Shown in pieces: positions 8,226-17,451 of a stretch of DNA of 38,152 bases. The stretch is taken from positions 1 through 38,152 of the IMG/VR virus record IMGVR_UViG_3300033420_000015; one strand, 5' to 3'. Source of the DNA: a virus. Taxonomy: Duplodnaviria > Caudoviricetes. Made by a program: the position numbers and the translations under genes. Below the pieces are notes generated by a model, which had not been told where the DNA came from, did no database searches, and saw only the letters and a list, made by a program, of their open reading frames with translations. The number at the start of each line of letters is the position of its first letter. The stretch's first letter is position 1.

Positions 8226-8746
8226 GAAAGACATTAAGAATAGAATTAGACAAATGGTATACCCCAAGAGATAAATCACAAGAATTCATAACTAAAACAT
8301 TGAATATTATAGGTATAGATAATTTAAATGAAGTAGTTGAACCTTCTGCTGGAGATGGTGCATTCTCTGATTATTTACAAGATTATCCATTTGAACTAAA
8401 AGCATATGATATTAAACCAGATAAGAATTACATTACTCAGATTGATTTTAATAATTTGAAGATGGATTATAGCAGCAAAAGATTGGTTATAGGAAATCCA
8501 CCGTTCGGGCGTTCAGGATGTTTAGCGAAGAAATTTGTGCAGAGAAGTATGAGAATGGCTAAATGGGTAGGAATGGTGTTGCCTTTATCTTATTGGTATA
8601 TCGAAAATTACGTCCTAGATGGCGATATATTGTATGTAAGAAGATATAGGGACTTGGTTGACTTCGGAACATTCAAATGTGTTTATAGCCTGTGGGAAAG
8701 AGAAACTGAAGTAAAGACTGAAGATAAGTTCGGGTGGTTAACATGA
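8222..8746 (+). CDS. Compact N6-adenine DNA methyltransferase
   Basis: DKWYTP, SAM-binding VEPSAGDGAF, catalytic GNPPF. Confidence 0.85.
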   Translation: MRKTLRIELDKWYTPRDKSQEFITKTLNIIGIDNLNEVVEPSAGDGAFSDYLQDYPFELKAYDIKPDKNYITQIDFNNLKMDYSSKRLVIGNPPFGRSGCLAKKFVQRSMRMAKWVGMVLPLSYWYIENYVLDGDILYVRRYRDLVDFGTFKCVYSLWERETEVKTEDKFGWLT

Positions 8747-9072
8747 CTTATTTGGAATTTTTAAAAGAGTTCAGTTGTAGAGAGGTTGTTTATTCAATTG
8801 GTTCAAAAAGTCATAGTTGGACTACTAGAGATGAAAACGAATTTGATGTAGGGCAGATTGGTCGTAATTGCGGTTTAATAAATAACATAACAAAAAAAGG
8901 AATAACATGTGCTACAAACTATAGAATAAAAACAACTAATAAAAAGTTAATAGAAATTTTAAGTAGTAATAAAATAATAGAACATATATATAGTCAACCA
9001 TTTATAACATATTCTCTTAATACTCAATCACTTCAAAACATTTTATGGATACTTTATAAGGAACAACAGTGA
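8743..9072 (+). CDS. Unknown paralog family, copy 3
   Basis: ATG 8743 overlaps the MTase stop (ATGA); MTYLEFLKEF...NTQSLQNILWILY. Confidence 0.85.
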   Translation: MTYLEFLKEFSCREVVYSIGSKSHSWTTRDENEFDVGQIGRNCGLINNITKKGITCATNYRIKTTNKKLIEILSSNKIIEHIYSQPFITYSLNTQSLQNILWILYKEQQ

Positions 9073-9401
9073 CATATTTAGAATTTTTAAAAGAGTTTGA
9101 TTGCAGAATGATTGTTTATTCGGTTGGAGCAAAACGTCATGATTGGACGCCTAGAAAAGATAATGAGTTTGATATTTGCGGATTTGGGACAAAAACAGGT
9201 TTACTTAATGGATTAAATAAAAATATACCACTAAATCTTAATTTGAGAATTAAAACAATCAACACTAAACTTATAGAAATATTTTCAAACAATAAGATAA
9301 AAGATTATATAGATGTTCAACCAATTAGGACTAAATCTATTAACACTCAATCACTTCAAAACATTTATGGGTTTTATATAACAACAAAAAAGGAGAACAA
9401 A
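9069..9401 (+). CDS. Unknown paralog family, copy 4; frameshifted near its end and in frame with the glycosyltransferase
   Basis: GTG start; ACATTTATGG here versus ACATTTTATGG in copies 1 and 3. Confidence 0.75.
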
Positions 9402-10607
9402 ATGAAGATATTAATATCAAGTGTACATGTGGCGGTTAACTCAGGTTATGGCATGATTTCCAAGCAACTTCTAGAGATGCTTCCAAAAATACCAAATGTT
9501 GAACTGAAAATGATTGCTTATTATGGTGCTAAATACAAGACAGAATACAACGGGATAGAGATTCTGCCTAATTGGGGCTCTGGTTATATAGGAGAAGAAT
9601 CAATACTAGCTGAGTGTAAAACTTGGAATCCAGATTTAGTCCTATTTACGTATGACATCTTTATACTCGAACCGTCATTTTTTAAGAAAATAAAAGCTAC
9701 AGGAGCGAAAATAGCATCACTGTTAATGGTAGATTCTTCTCCGTTTGGCATGTGTAATATCCCAACTCTACACGAAATAGACTATCCAATATGCGTAACA
9801 GAGTGGGCTTTAAATCAAATCCCAACAGAAGTATCAAAAAGAGCAACATATGTTCCATTGGGACTTGATTCAGCATATCGTATTATTGACAGAAACATAG
9901 CTAGAAAGCGTTTTAATGAGCTTATGCAAGGCAATGTATTAAACGATGATACAGAGCTTACTACAATCGTTTCAGCTAATTGCGGCGATGATAGGTCTCG
10001 AAAAGGATTCTACCCAATGATTCTAGGTTGGAAAAAATACCTAGAGAAAACAAACTGCAAGAATAAGTATCTAAATATTCACTCTGATGTTCGCGGATTG
10101 GCTCAGGGTGGTTCAGATTTAAAAACAATGATGCTAATGCTAAAATATACGGCAGAACAAGCGTCAACGGTTATATTCCCCTTGCAAATGAAATATCTAT
10201 GCAATGAATTTAGCGTTGAAGATATGGCTAATATATATAGTGCGTCAAATGTTTACTTGTCAGCGGCACAAAGTGAGGGCTTCGGAAAACCAATCACAGA
10301 ATCAATTGCTTGCGGTTGTTATCCTTTAGTAACTAACTTCGGTGCAAGTAGAGAATTAATTTATAAAACACAGAACGTACCTGAAGCCCATCTATTAAAT
10401 GGCTCTAGTATTTATGTTGGAAATAACTCTGTAAGATGTCACGTAACAGAAGACGAAGTGGCAGAAAGCCTTACAGCAATTTATGAAGCAAAATTACCAT
10501 ACTATTTTGATAATATTGAACCATCAAAACGTTGCATGAATGAATATGGAGAATTAACACAAATCAATCTATGGACTGAATTCCTAACTAAAGTGGAGGC
10601 GAAATAA
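9402..10607 (+). CDS. GT4 (GT-B fold) glycosyltransferase
   Basis: MKILISS..SGYG, RKG, IYSASNVYL..SEGFGKPITESIACG (EX7E motif); own AAGGAG RBS. Confidence 0.9.
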   Translation: MKILISSVHVAVNSGYGMISKQLLEMLPKIPNVELKMIAYYGAKYKTEYNGIEILPNWGSGYIGEESILAECKTWNPDLVLFTYDIFILEPSFFKKIKATGAKIASLLMVDSSPFGMCNIPTLHEIDYPICVTEWALNQIPTEVSKRATYVPLGLDSAYRIIDRNIARKRFNELMQGNVLNDDTELTTIVSANCGDDRSRKGFYPMILGWKKYLEKTNCKNKYLNIHSDVRGLAQGGSDLKTMMLMLKYTAEQASTVIFPLQMKYLCNEFSVEDMANIYSASNVYLSAAQSEGFGKPITESIACGCYPLVTNFGASRELIYKTQNVPEAHLLNGSSIYVGNNSVRCHVTEDEVAESLTAIYEAKLPYYFDNIEPSKRCMNEYGELTQINLWTEFLTKVEAK

Positions 10608-10608
10608 C

Positions 10609-10833
10609 ATGTGCTTAAACTGCATTTTTAACAAGATTAAATTCTCTCAAAAAATAGGTAACACCCAATCAGTTATAGACTTAACACAACAAGCTAAAAC
10701 AGAATTAACAAGACTGATAAATAAAAACATAAGCGATATCACAAAAAAAGAGGAGTTATTGAAGCAAATTGAGAACATAGATATAGGTCAGGTATATCAG
10801 GATTACAAACAAGCAAGGAGGAACCGAAAATGA
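10609..10833 (+). CDS. Hypothetical protein
   Basis: 74-aa ORF, GGAGG RBS, coupled to neighbours. Confidence 0.6.
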   Translation: MCLNCIFNKIKFSQKIGNTQSVIDLTQQAKTELTRLINKNISDITKKEELLKQIENIDIGQVYQDYKQARRNRK

Positions 10834-11018
10834 CATTAGATAGATTAATTAATTTGGTAGTAGCGCAAGAGTTTTGCATAGAAACACTTACAGATAGAAT
10901 TAATAAATTGGAAGAAGAAGATAGATTAAGGAAGGAAAAAGGCAATAAATTAGCACTTAAAATACAAGAATCATTAAATAAAAACAAGAAAGTTGAAGAA
11001 TTAAAGGAAACCAAGTGA
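10830..11018 (+). CDS. Small coiled-coil hypothetical protein
   Basis: AGGAGG RBS, ATGA overlap. Confidence 0.6.
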   Translation: MTLDRLINLVVAQEFCIETLTDRINKLEEEDRLRKEKGNKLALKIQESLNKNKKVEELKETK

Positions 11019-11158
11019 AAGTAATTTTTACTATTGAAGAGAAAATGATGCTATTGGAACTCTTTTTTGAAAGGAAACTGCCAGATGATAAATGGCTTGA
11101 AATAATGAAAAGTGTAAGAGAAGAGCTTATTAACGTCAAAAAGGATAAAAATGTCTAA
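11015..11158 (+). CDS. Small hypothetical protein (47 aa, not in ORF track)
   Basis: GTGA overlap with the upstream stop; MKVIFTIEEKMMLLELFF...; fills the gap to the sigma gene. Confidence 0.45.
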   Translation: MKVIFTIEEKMMLLELFFERKLPDDKWLEIMKSVREELINVKKDKNV

Positions 11159-11816
11159 AACTCCAACACAACTTACTTCAAAAGAACAAAACGCCCTATA
11201 TGAAAAATGGCTACTTACAGGAGATGACCATTATAGAGCACAAATAGCCATATCTTACACCGATTGCATTAACGCCCTTATATATAACACTACATCAGGA
11301 AATACACAATTACTTGATACGCCAGATATAAAACAAGATATATTGATGCTAGTTTATAACGCAATACTGAAATACGATAAAACCAAAAGCGGCTTGTTCA
11401 CGTATATTTATAAAATTTGCTACACAAAAATTATCGACAAGTTAAGATATTCAAACGTTCGCACCAAAAGAAGAACATATCTAAACATGGACGACATATT
11501 AAATGATGATACGCCAGAAGAGGCTTTTGTATCTAAAAACGAGAAACAAGATAAGATTGATGAGATGTACTATAAAATAGATAAATGTGGATATGATGAA
11601 ATCTATGCAAGTGACTGTCAAGAGCGTATATATAATGTAATGGACGATATTTTAAGCAAGAAGGAGAAGGAATTAGTGATAATGAGACATGTTGATAATG
11701 ACACTATATCAGATATTATGAAGAAGTTGAAGATAAGCAGGAAGGAATTTACTAATTTAGAAACGAGTGCAATGGCTAAATTGAAGAGTAATGAGATTAT
11801 AAAGGAGCTTAAATGA
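11151..11816 (+). CDS. Second phage sigma70-family factor (probable late sigma)
   Basis: DIKQD..VYNAILKYDKTKS.LFTY (region 2); LSKKEKELVIMRH..TISDI..LKISR..ETSAMAKLK (region 4); directly upstream of the terminase genes. Confidence 0.85.
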   Translation: MSKTPTQLTSKEQNALYEKWLLTGDDHYRAQIAISYTDCINALIYNTTSGNTQLLDTPDIKQDILMLVYNAILKYDKTKSGLFTYIYKICYTKIIDKLRYSNVRTKRRTYLNMDDILNDDTPEEAFVSKNEKQDKIDEMYYKIDKCGYDEIYASDCQERIYNVMDDILSKKEKELVIMRHVDNDTISDIMKKLKISRKEFTNLETSAMAKLKSNEIIKELK

Positions 11817-12274
11817 GTGATAAGGTAGTTAAAAAGAGCAAAGTTGGCACCGATAATCTATTAGTTAAGGGTAGACCAAAAGGCACAGGCTCTATTACTC
11901 CAATGGCTAAAGAGTTTATTGACGCTATATATCTGGAGGGTTTGCCTTATAATTTGGCTTACAAACAGGCTGGTTATAAATCGCCATATCATTTAAAAAG
12001 AGCACAGGAAATATTAGCGGTTCCAGCAGCGGTTGAATATGCAAACAGATTACAGAACGACGATACGGCTAAATTACAAGCATCCAAGACATATTTAGTG
12101 AAGAATTTGGTAGATAGATTGGATAAAGCAAAAGATTCAGATGCAGTAAATATCATCAAACAGATATCGCAAATGCTCGGATATCAAGTTCAAAAAGACG
12201 AAGAAGTACATGTGAATAATAAAATAGAAATAATTTGGGCTCCGCTTATAGATTTTGATGAAGGAGTAAAATGA
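11813..12274 (+). CDS. terS: Terminase small subunit
   Basis: GRPKG, AYKQAGY HTH-like motif; immediately precedes TerL. Confidence 0.75.
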   Translation: MSDKVVKKSKVGTDNLLVKGRPKGTGSITPMAKEFIDAIYLEGLPYNLAYKQAGYKSPYHLKRAQEILAVPAAVEYANRLQNDDTAKLQASKTYLVKNLVDRLDKAKDSDAVNIIKQISQMLGYQVQKDEEVHVNNKIEIIWAPLIDFDEGVK

Positions 12275-13656
12275 GCGACAAAAATGTAACTAACGACAAA
12301 AATGTAACACAAGATTTAAGCAGTGATAAAGCAGTTTTAAGATACAAACCTCATGCGGCACAGAAAAAAGTACATGAAAGTAAAGCTAGATTCAAGATTA
12401 TATGCGCTGGGAGGCAATCTGGAAAGTCTATTTTGTGCGGAGCTGACGTTATTTCTCGCTGTTTATCTGGTAAATATAATGAACATAGCACGATTGCGTG
12501 GGTCGCTCCAACTTTAAACACAGCCAAGCGAGGAGTTGATGCTTTAAAATTAATTACAAAAGAGTGTCCGGATTTGATTACTTGGTATAAATCTGCCCCA
12601 ATTACAGCTACTTTCCCAAATGGTGTAAAGATATTATTCCTTTCCGCAGATAACGAAGACGGGTTGCGTGGATACTCATTTGACCATGTTATAATCGATG
12701 AGGCGGATTTTTTAGCGGATTATTTGTGGGATGACGTATTAAGAGCTGCCCTTGCTGCCAATAAAGCTTCGTTAATGGCTATTAGTTCTCCTAGAGCAAG
12801 AGGTACTTGGTTTCACAAACTATATATGCAAGGTATAGCTGGTAACGATAAAAGTATTGAATCATTTAACTTCCCCTCTTCTGCAAATCCAAAATTAACA
12901 AAAGAAGAATTGGATAAAATTAAACAAAGTACACCGGAAATGATTTTTAGAAGAGAATATCTAGCCGAATGGACTGATTCTGGTGGAGAGGTATTCCAAA
13001 AAATAGAACGCTGCCTATATAAAGACCACTCAGAAGATTGTAAGTGTAACTCTAATACTATTTTGGGCTTGGATTTAGGTAAAGAAGTTGACTTTACGGT
13101 TATTGTTGGTCTTTGTGCTAAATGCCGACACATTAAATTCATAAAGAGATTTAATGACATTGATTGGGAAATCCAGAAACAAATGATTAAAAACGTATAT
13201 ATTTCCACAGATACACCTACAGTAATTATGGATTCGACAGGAGTTGGTAACGCTATTTATGACGGTTTAACAAGTATAGGAGTGAAGATAACTCCTTTCC
13301 ACTTCTCAAATTCGTCAAAACAGCAACTTATTAACAACTTACGCATACATATAATGGAAGGAAATATCAAGTGGAGGGCTGATTTAGAGAATGCCAATAT
13401 TTTAAGGCATGAGTTGGAATGTTACGAAGTGCAGGAAACCAGAACGGGATTGATTACATATAACGCCAGACAAGGAGTAGATATACATGACGATACAGTT
13501 ATTGCTTTGGCTCTCGCTTGTAATGGTTTATCCTCATTTATATCGCCAATTGTATGTCCAAAAGAAGAGAAAGTGGCTAATGATTTTACGATGAATTTTG
13601 TTGAAGTTGATAATAGTTTTGATTTTTGCGACAATAACCAAGTATTTTTTGCATAA
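12271..13656 (+). CDS. terL: Terminase large subunit
   Basis: Walker A GRQSGKS, Walker B VIIDEAD, nuclease GLDLG and HDDTVIALA. Confidence 0.95.
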   Translation: MSDKNVTNDKNVTQDLSSDKAVLRYKPHAAQKKVHESKARFKIICAGRQSGKSILCGADVISRCLSGKYNEHSTIAWVAPTLNTAKRGVDALKLITKECPDLITWYKSAPITATFPNGVKILFLSADNEDGLRGYSFDHVIIDEADFLADYLWDDVLRAALAANKASLMAISSPRARGTWFHKLYMQGIAGNDKSIESFNFPSSANPKLTKEELDKIKQSTPEMIFRREYLAEWTDSGGEVFQKIERCLYKDHSEDCKCNSNTILGLDLGKEVDFTVIVGLCAKCRHIKFIKRFNDIDWEIQKQMIKNVYISTDTPTVIMDSTGVGNAIYDGLTSIGVKITPFHFSNSSKQQLINNLRIHIMEGNIKWRADLENANILRHELECYEVQETRTGLITYNARQGVDIHDDTVIALALACNGLSSFISPIVCPKEEKVANDFTMNFVEVDNSFDFCDNNQVFFA

Positions 13657-13671
13657 CAGAGGAGAATAAAG

Positions 13672-15012
13672 ATGTTCAATATTTTTAAGAAGAAAGTGGA
13701 AGAAAAGGTTATAGAACAAAATATCGTTGAAGAAAAGGCAATTACTCCAATAGCAGTAACTAAACATAACATTGAAACAATCACCCAAGAAACATGGAGC
13801 GATAAAAAAGAAATGACTCAGGAAGATATGTTGAGTCAATATAAGTCTTGGTCATTTATTTGTGCTCGTTTAAATGGTGAATCGGTTGCAACACAAAAAC
13901 TAAGATTATATGCCAGAACAGCTCCAAATCAGAAGCGAATCAAGAACTTTACAGCAAAAGAAGTTGATAAGAAGATGTTTAAATCAATTGTAAAGTCAAT
14001 CCCTAATACGAAACCAGTAGAAATCATAGAAGAGATTTATGACCATCCTGTATTAGACCTGATATATAATGTTAATCCGAACTCCAACTACTTTGACAAT
14101 ATGCAATTAACACAAACATATATGGACTTGTGTGGTAATGCTTATCTTTATATTGTTTTTGATAAGAGTGGAATGCCTGCTGAATTATATCAAATGCGTC
14201 CAGATATTACAAAGGTAGTTCCATCAAAAGATAGCATCATCAGTGGTTATATCTATGGAAATAAAGATAAATCAGCTCTTAAAACAGATGAAGTTATTAG
14301 ATTCTCAGTACCTAATCCTTCAAATCCTTTCTATGGTAAGAGTTGTATAGAGGCGGCTTTTGCTGAAGTATCACGTAATAATCTGTACAATCGCTACGAA
14401 AACAGTCAGCTTATGAATAATGGTAGACCTGATTTCATTATTAAATATGCAGGACAGCTTACTCAAGAAGACCAAAAGAGATTAACTTTAGAGTGGAATA
14501 GACTGTATAAAGGAACTCAGAGTGCTGGTAAAGTTTCTGTTATGGATAATAATTTTGACGTTGAGCCATTATCATTCAAACCACAAGAGATGCAGTTCTT
14601 GGAAGGTAGACATCAGACAAAGAAAGATATTGCAAGTATGTTCGGTATTCCTTTTGCACTTTTGGATTCTGAAAACCAATTGAAGGCTGGAATTACGGAC
14701 ATCCAAATATCGTATCAGCGGTATGGGATAGCACCAAGACTTCGTAGAATTGAGGATACGCTAAATGAAGCTCTTATAAAACGCTTCTATGATGATTCAG
14801 GTGATTTATTCTTTAAATTTGACGATTGTATTTCTGAAGATAGGAAACAGGATGCAGAAATAAACACAAAATACGTTCAAGCTGGCATAATTTCCATTAA
14901 TGAAGCTAGGGAATATTTGGATTTAGACCCTGTTGAAGGGGGAGATGATATTAAAGTTGGTAATTCAAATTCAAATATAAAACCAGTTCAGGAGAGTACA
15001 AATGAAAGATAA
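13672..15012 (+). CDS. Portal protein (HK97 family)
   Basis: NPNS, GNAY, YGKS, IASMFGIP, SINEAREYL motifs; follows TerL. Confidence 0.93.
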   Translation: MFNIFKKKVEEKVIEQNIVEEKAITPIAVTKHNIETITQETWSDKKEMTQEDMLSQYKSWSFICARLNGESVATQKLRLYARTAPNQKRIKNFTAKEVDKKMFKSIVKSIPNTKPVEIIEEIYDHPVLDLIYNVNPNSNYFDNMQLTQTYMDLCGNAYLYIVFDKSGMPAELYQMRPDITKVVPSKDSIISGYIYGNKDKSALKTDEVIRFSVPNPSNPFYGKSCIEAAFAEVSRNNLYNRYENSQLMNNGRPDFIIKYAGQLTQEDQKRLTLEWNRLYKGTQSAGKVSVMDNNFDVEPLSFKPQEMQFLEGRHQTKKDIASMFGIPFALLDSENQLKAGITDIQISYQRYGIAPRLRRIEDTLNEALIKRFYDDSGDLFFKFDDCISEDRKQDAEINTKYVQAGIISINEAREYLDLDPVEGGDDIKVGNSNSNIKPVQESTNER

Positions 15013-15928
15013 AATAGCGTTTTCAAAATTTTACGAATGTATTGATTCAGAATGTCGCTTTTTAATAGACCAAGAGATATCTACTGTTGAGCGTGACACT
15101 AAAGAAATGCCACTCACTCGTAAAACAATAGAGGTAAAAGAATTTGCACCTATTGGAGAAAATGAGGCAGAAGGTTATATAAGTACACGTGAGATTGATT
15201 TTAGCTGTGATATTGTTGTTCCAGAAGGAGTTATGCTAGATGTTTACCAAAGACATCCAGTGGTTCTTTTTAATCACGATAAAACTAAAATCATAGGTAA
15301 ATGCACGTCTTTGGTGGTTGATGAATATGGAATTAAAGCACGTATAGACTTTGCCCCAACAGAATTCGCACAAGATATTAGGAAATTAGTGAAGCATGGC
15401 AGTTTGAGCGGTATGTCTATTGGCTTCATTCCAGTTGATTTTGTTAAGAAAAACGAGCGTAAATTTGCACAAGAGAACTATATAATTAAGCAGAAGTATC
15501 CTGAATATAAAGGTAATGCAGAAAGAATTATCAAGAGCCACATATTACTTGAATTTAGTATGGTTGCAAATGGCGATAATTACAAAGCAGGAATAACAGC
15601 CAAGCAAATATCTGAGATGGAAATCAAATCATCCACTCTTGAAATGCTTAATCTTAAATGTTCTGATTGCGAAAAAGCTAAACAGGAATTCAAGGAGAAA
15701 ATTGAAGAAGTTAAAAATATTACTGAAAATAGCACAAATATTGATACAAAAGAAGATATCGTTCACGTGGAAGTGGTAAAGCAAATAGATAGAAGCATTA
15801 AGATAATAAAGAGTGCTAAACAGAAAGAAGAAGAAGTGTTGATTGAGGAAAGAAAAGCTATGTTAAAGATGGAATTGAAGGAGATGGAAAAAGAGTTTAC
15901 AAAAAGAGGAAAACTTTTGCGATATTAA
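15002..15928 (+). CDS. Prohead maturation protease (HK97 family)
   Basis: EGYIS, LFNHD, GMSIGF, LLEFSMV. Confidence 0.9.
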   Translation: MKDKIAFSKFYECIDSECRFLIDQEISTVERDTKEMPLTRKTIEVKEFAPIGENEAEGYISTREIDFSCDIVVPEGVMLDVYQRHPVVLFNHDKTKIIGKCTSLVVDEYGIKARIDFAPTEFAQDIRKLVKHGSLSGMSIGFIPVDFVKKNERKFAQENYIIKQKYPEYKGNAERIIKSHILLEFSMVANGDNYKAGITAKQISEMEIKSSTLEMLNLKCSDCEKAKQEFKEKIEEVKNITENSTNIDTKEDIVHVEVVKQIDRSIKIIKSAKQKEEEVLIEERKAMLKMELKEMEKEFTKRGKLLRY

Positions 15929-15931
15929 AAT

Positions 15932-15939
15932 CGTATATA
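15932..15939 (+). promoter_or_regulatory. CGTATATA late-promoter-like motif; other copies at 11625, 13194, 17375, 20682, 27035, 27831, 29071, 36943 and minus-strand 29054-29061
   Basis: Recurrent TAAWW(T)CGTATATA, mostly in short intergenic gaps before structural genes. Confidence 0.65.
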
Positions 15940-16028
15940 GTGATAACGAGTTTAAATACGGTGACCCCGTTATAAATCAGCCTACCCCTATTTTATATAG
16001 AGATGGTAAAACAAGAAGGAATAAGATT

Positions 16029-17297
16029 ATGAAGAAATTGGTGATAATCAAGTCATATAAAGATGGTGATAATGAAATCGCTATTGATACTGAGATTGAA
16101 GTTTCCGCTGAAATGGCTGTTGAACTTATTGAAAAAGGGTTCGCAAAGGAAATTGAAGTCAAGGTAGAAGCGGTTGAAGATACCAAACTTAGTGACTTAG
16201 AGGATGAGGTTAAGGAATTAAAGTCCAAGTTAGAGAATTTGGACAAAAAAGATAAGGGGGATAATAAAATTATGAATATTGAAGTGAAAGAACAGAATAT
16301 GAGTCCAGAGATGAAGTTTTTGCAGGCTACTAAATTAGCTAAGTTCATCAAAACTGGCGTTGGTGATGCTGAGACCAAAGTTATCGCAGGTGCTTCAGAA
16401 AGCGTAACTGCTGATGGTGGTGCTCTGTTGGACAAGGATGTTATTGGTGGGATTGAGAAGGTTGTACTTGAGAAGTCTGAGCTTTTTAATCTTGCACGTA
16501 AAAGACCAGTTGGCAAGAACTTTAATTCGATTGAGTTGAAGGCTTTTGACGAACCTCTAGGAACTCCCGCTGACTATATTGGCGTTAATATCGTTGCGGT
16601 TGGTGAAGGTGCGGCAATGTCCTATCAGAAGAGAGCTGTAAAGGTTCTTTCTGCTCCCGTAAAGAAATTCGGTTGGTTGGCGGCTTTCACATCAGAAATC
16701 ATAGAAGACGACGCTCATGGTATTTTGATGGCGGCTCAAGAGGATTTCGGTACTGCTCTAAGTTTAGTGCTGGATAACGAGATGCTTTATGGGTCTTTAA
16801 GCAACTTCACTGCGGCTGTTGGTGCTGCTGGTTCAAGAGCGGTTACGTTGGCTGATGCTTCTACTCCTACGGTGGCGGAACTTATGTCTATGTACATTTC
16901 GCAGATTAATAAGAAATCGGCTGAATGGTATATGAGTCCAGCGGTTCATAGCAATATTCTCAAATTGGAAGATACTGCTGGAAATCCTGTAATGGTTCAA
17001 AACTATGCTGTATCTCCTTATGGTACAATCATGGGTCGTCCAGTCAATGTCGTAAATTGCATGCTTGGGGCTAATGGCGAAGCGGGTACGATTGGTTTCT
17101 GCGATTGGAGCGAAGGTTATATAATCGGAACGAAGGGCAATGTACGGATGGAATCTTCAGTTCACATCCTGTTCGACACTGACCAGGAGGCTTATCGCTT
17201 CATTTATCGGGCTGCTGGTATGCCTACTAAAGCGAGAACACTTACGCTTAAGGGCGGAACGATTCTGAGTCCTCTCGTTTTTGGAACAGATAGCTAA
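16029..17297 (+). CDS. Major capsid protein 1 (HK97 fold)
   Basis: ADGGAL, VGEG, LDNEMLYG, WYMS, LEDTAGNP, IMGRPV, FDTDQEAYRF. Confidence 0.92.
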   Translation: MKKLVIIKSYKDGDNEIAIDTEIEVSAEMAVELIEKGFAKEIEVKVEAVEDTKLSDLEDEVKELKSKLENLDKKDKGDNKIMNIEVKEQNMSPEMKFLQATKLAKFIKTGVGDAETKVIAGASESVTADGGALLDKDVIGGIEKVVLEKSELFNLARKRPVGKNFNSIELKAFDEPLGTPADYIGVNIVAVGEGAAMSYQKRAVKVLSAPVKKFGWLAAFTSEIIEDDAHGILMAAQEDFGTALSLVLDNEMLYGSLSNFTAAVGAAGSRAVTLADASTPTVAELMSMYISQINKKSAEWYMSPAVHSNILKLEDTAGNPVMVQNYAVSPYGTIMGRPVNVVNCMLGANGEAGTIGFCDWSEGYIIGTKGNVRMESSVHILFDTDQEAYRFIYRAAGMPTKARTLTLKGGTILSPLVFGTDS

Positions 17298-17319
17298 TCG
17301 TTGAGATAGATTGATTAAT

Positions 17320-17356
17320 AAAGAGCCTTATAATGTAAAAGTTATAAGGCTCTTTT
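17320..17356 (+). terminator. Rho-independent terminator between the two capsid genes
   Basis: 14-bp stem AAAGAGCCTTATAA/TTATAAGGCTCTTT ending in a T-run. Confidence 0.8.
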
Positions 17357-17451
17357 GTTCACATTAATTAAAATCGTATATATCTTTAAAGGCATATGGT
17401 GTGTTTTTTATAAACGCTCAGATAAAAGAGAAAAGATAAAGGAATATAAAA

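Noticed and set aside
8222-8746. Complete restriction-modification system with the nuclease at 5786
   Set aside because: The genes are about 2 kb apart with nothing linking them, and orphan phage methyltransferases are common
7103-9401. Diversity-generating retroelement (TR/VR pair) as the source of the paralog variation
   Set aside because: Differences between copies 1 and 4 are not confined to adenines and include indels, and no reverse transcriptase is visible in the genome
7103-9401. CRISPR or mini-array
   Set aside because: The repeats are the coding ends of ~330-bp genes with irregular spacing; there is no repeat-spacer periodicity
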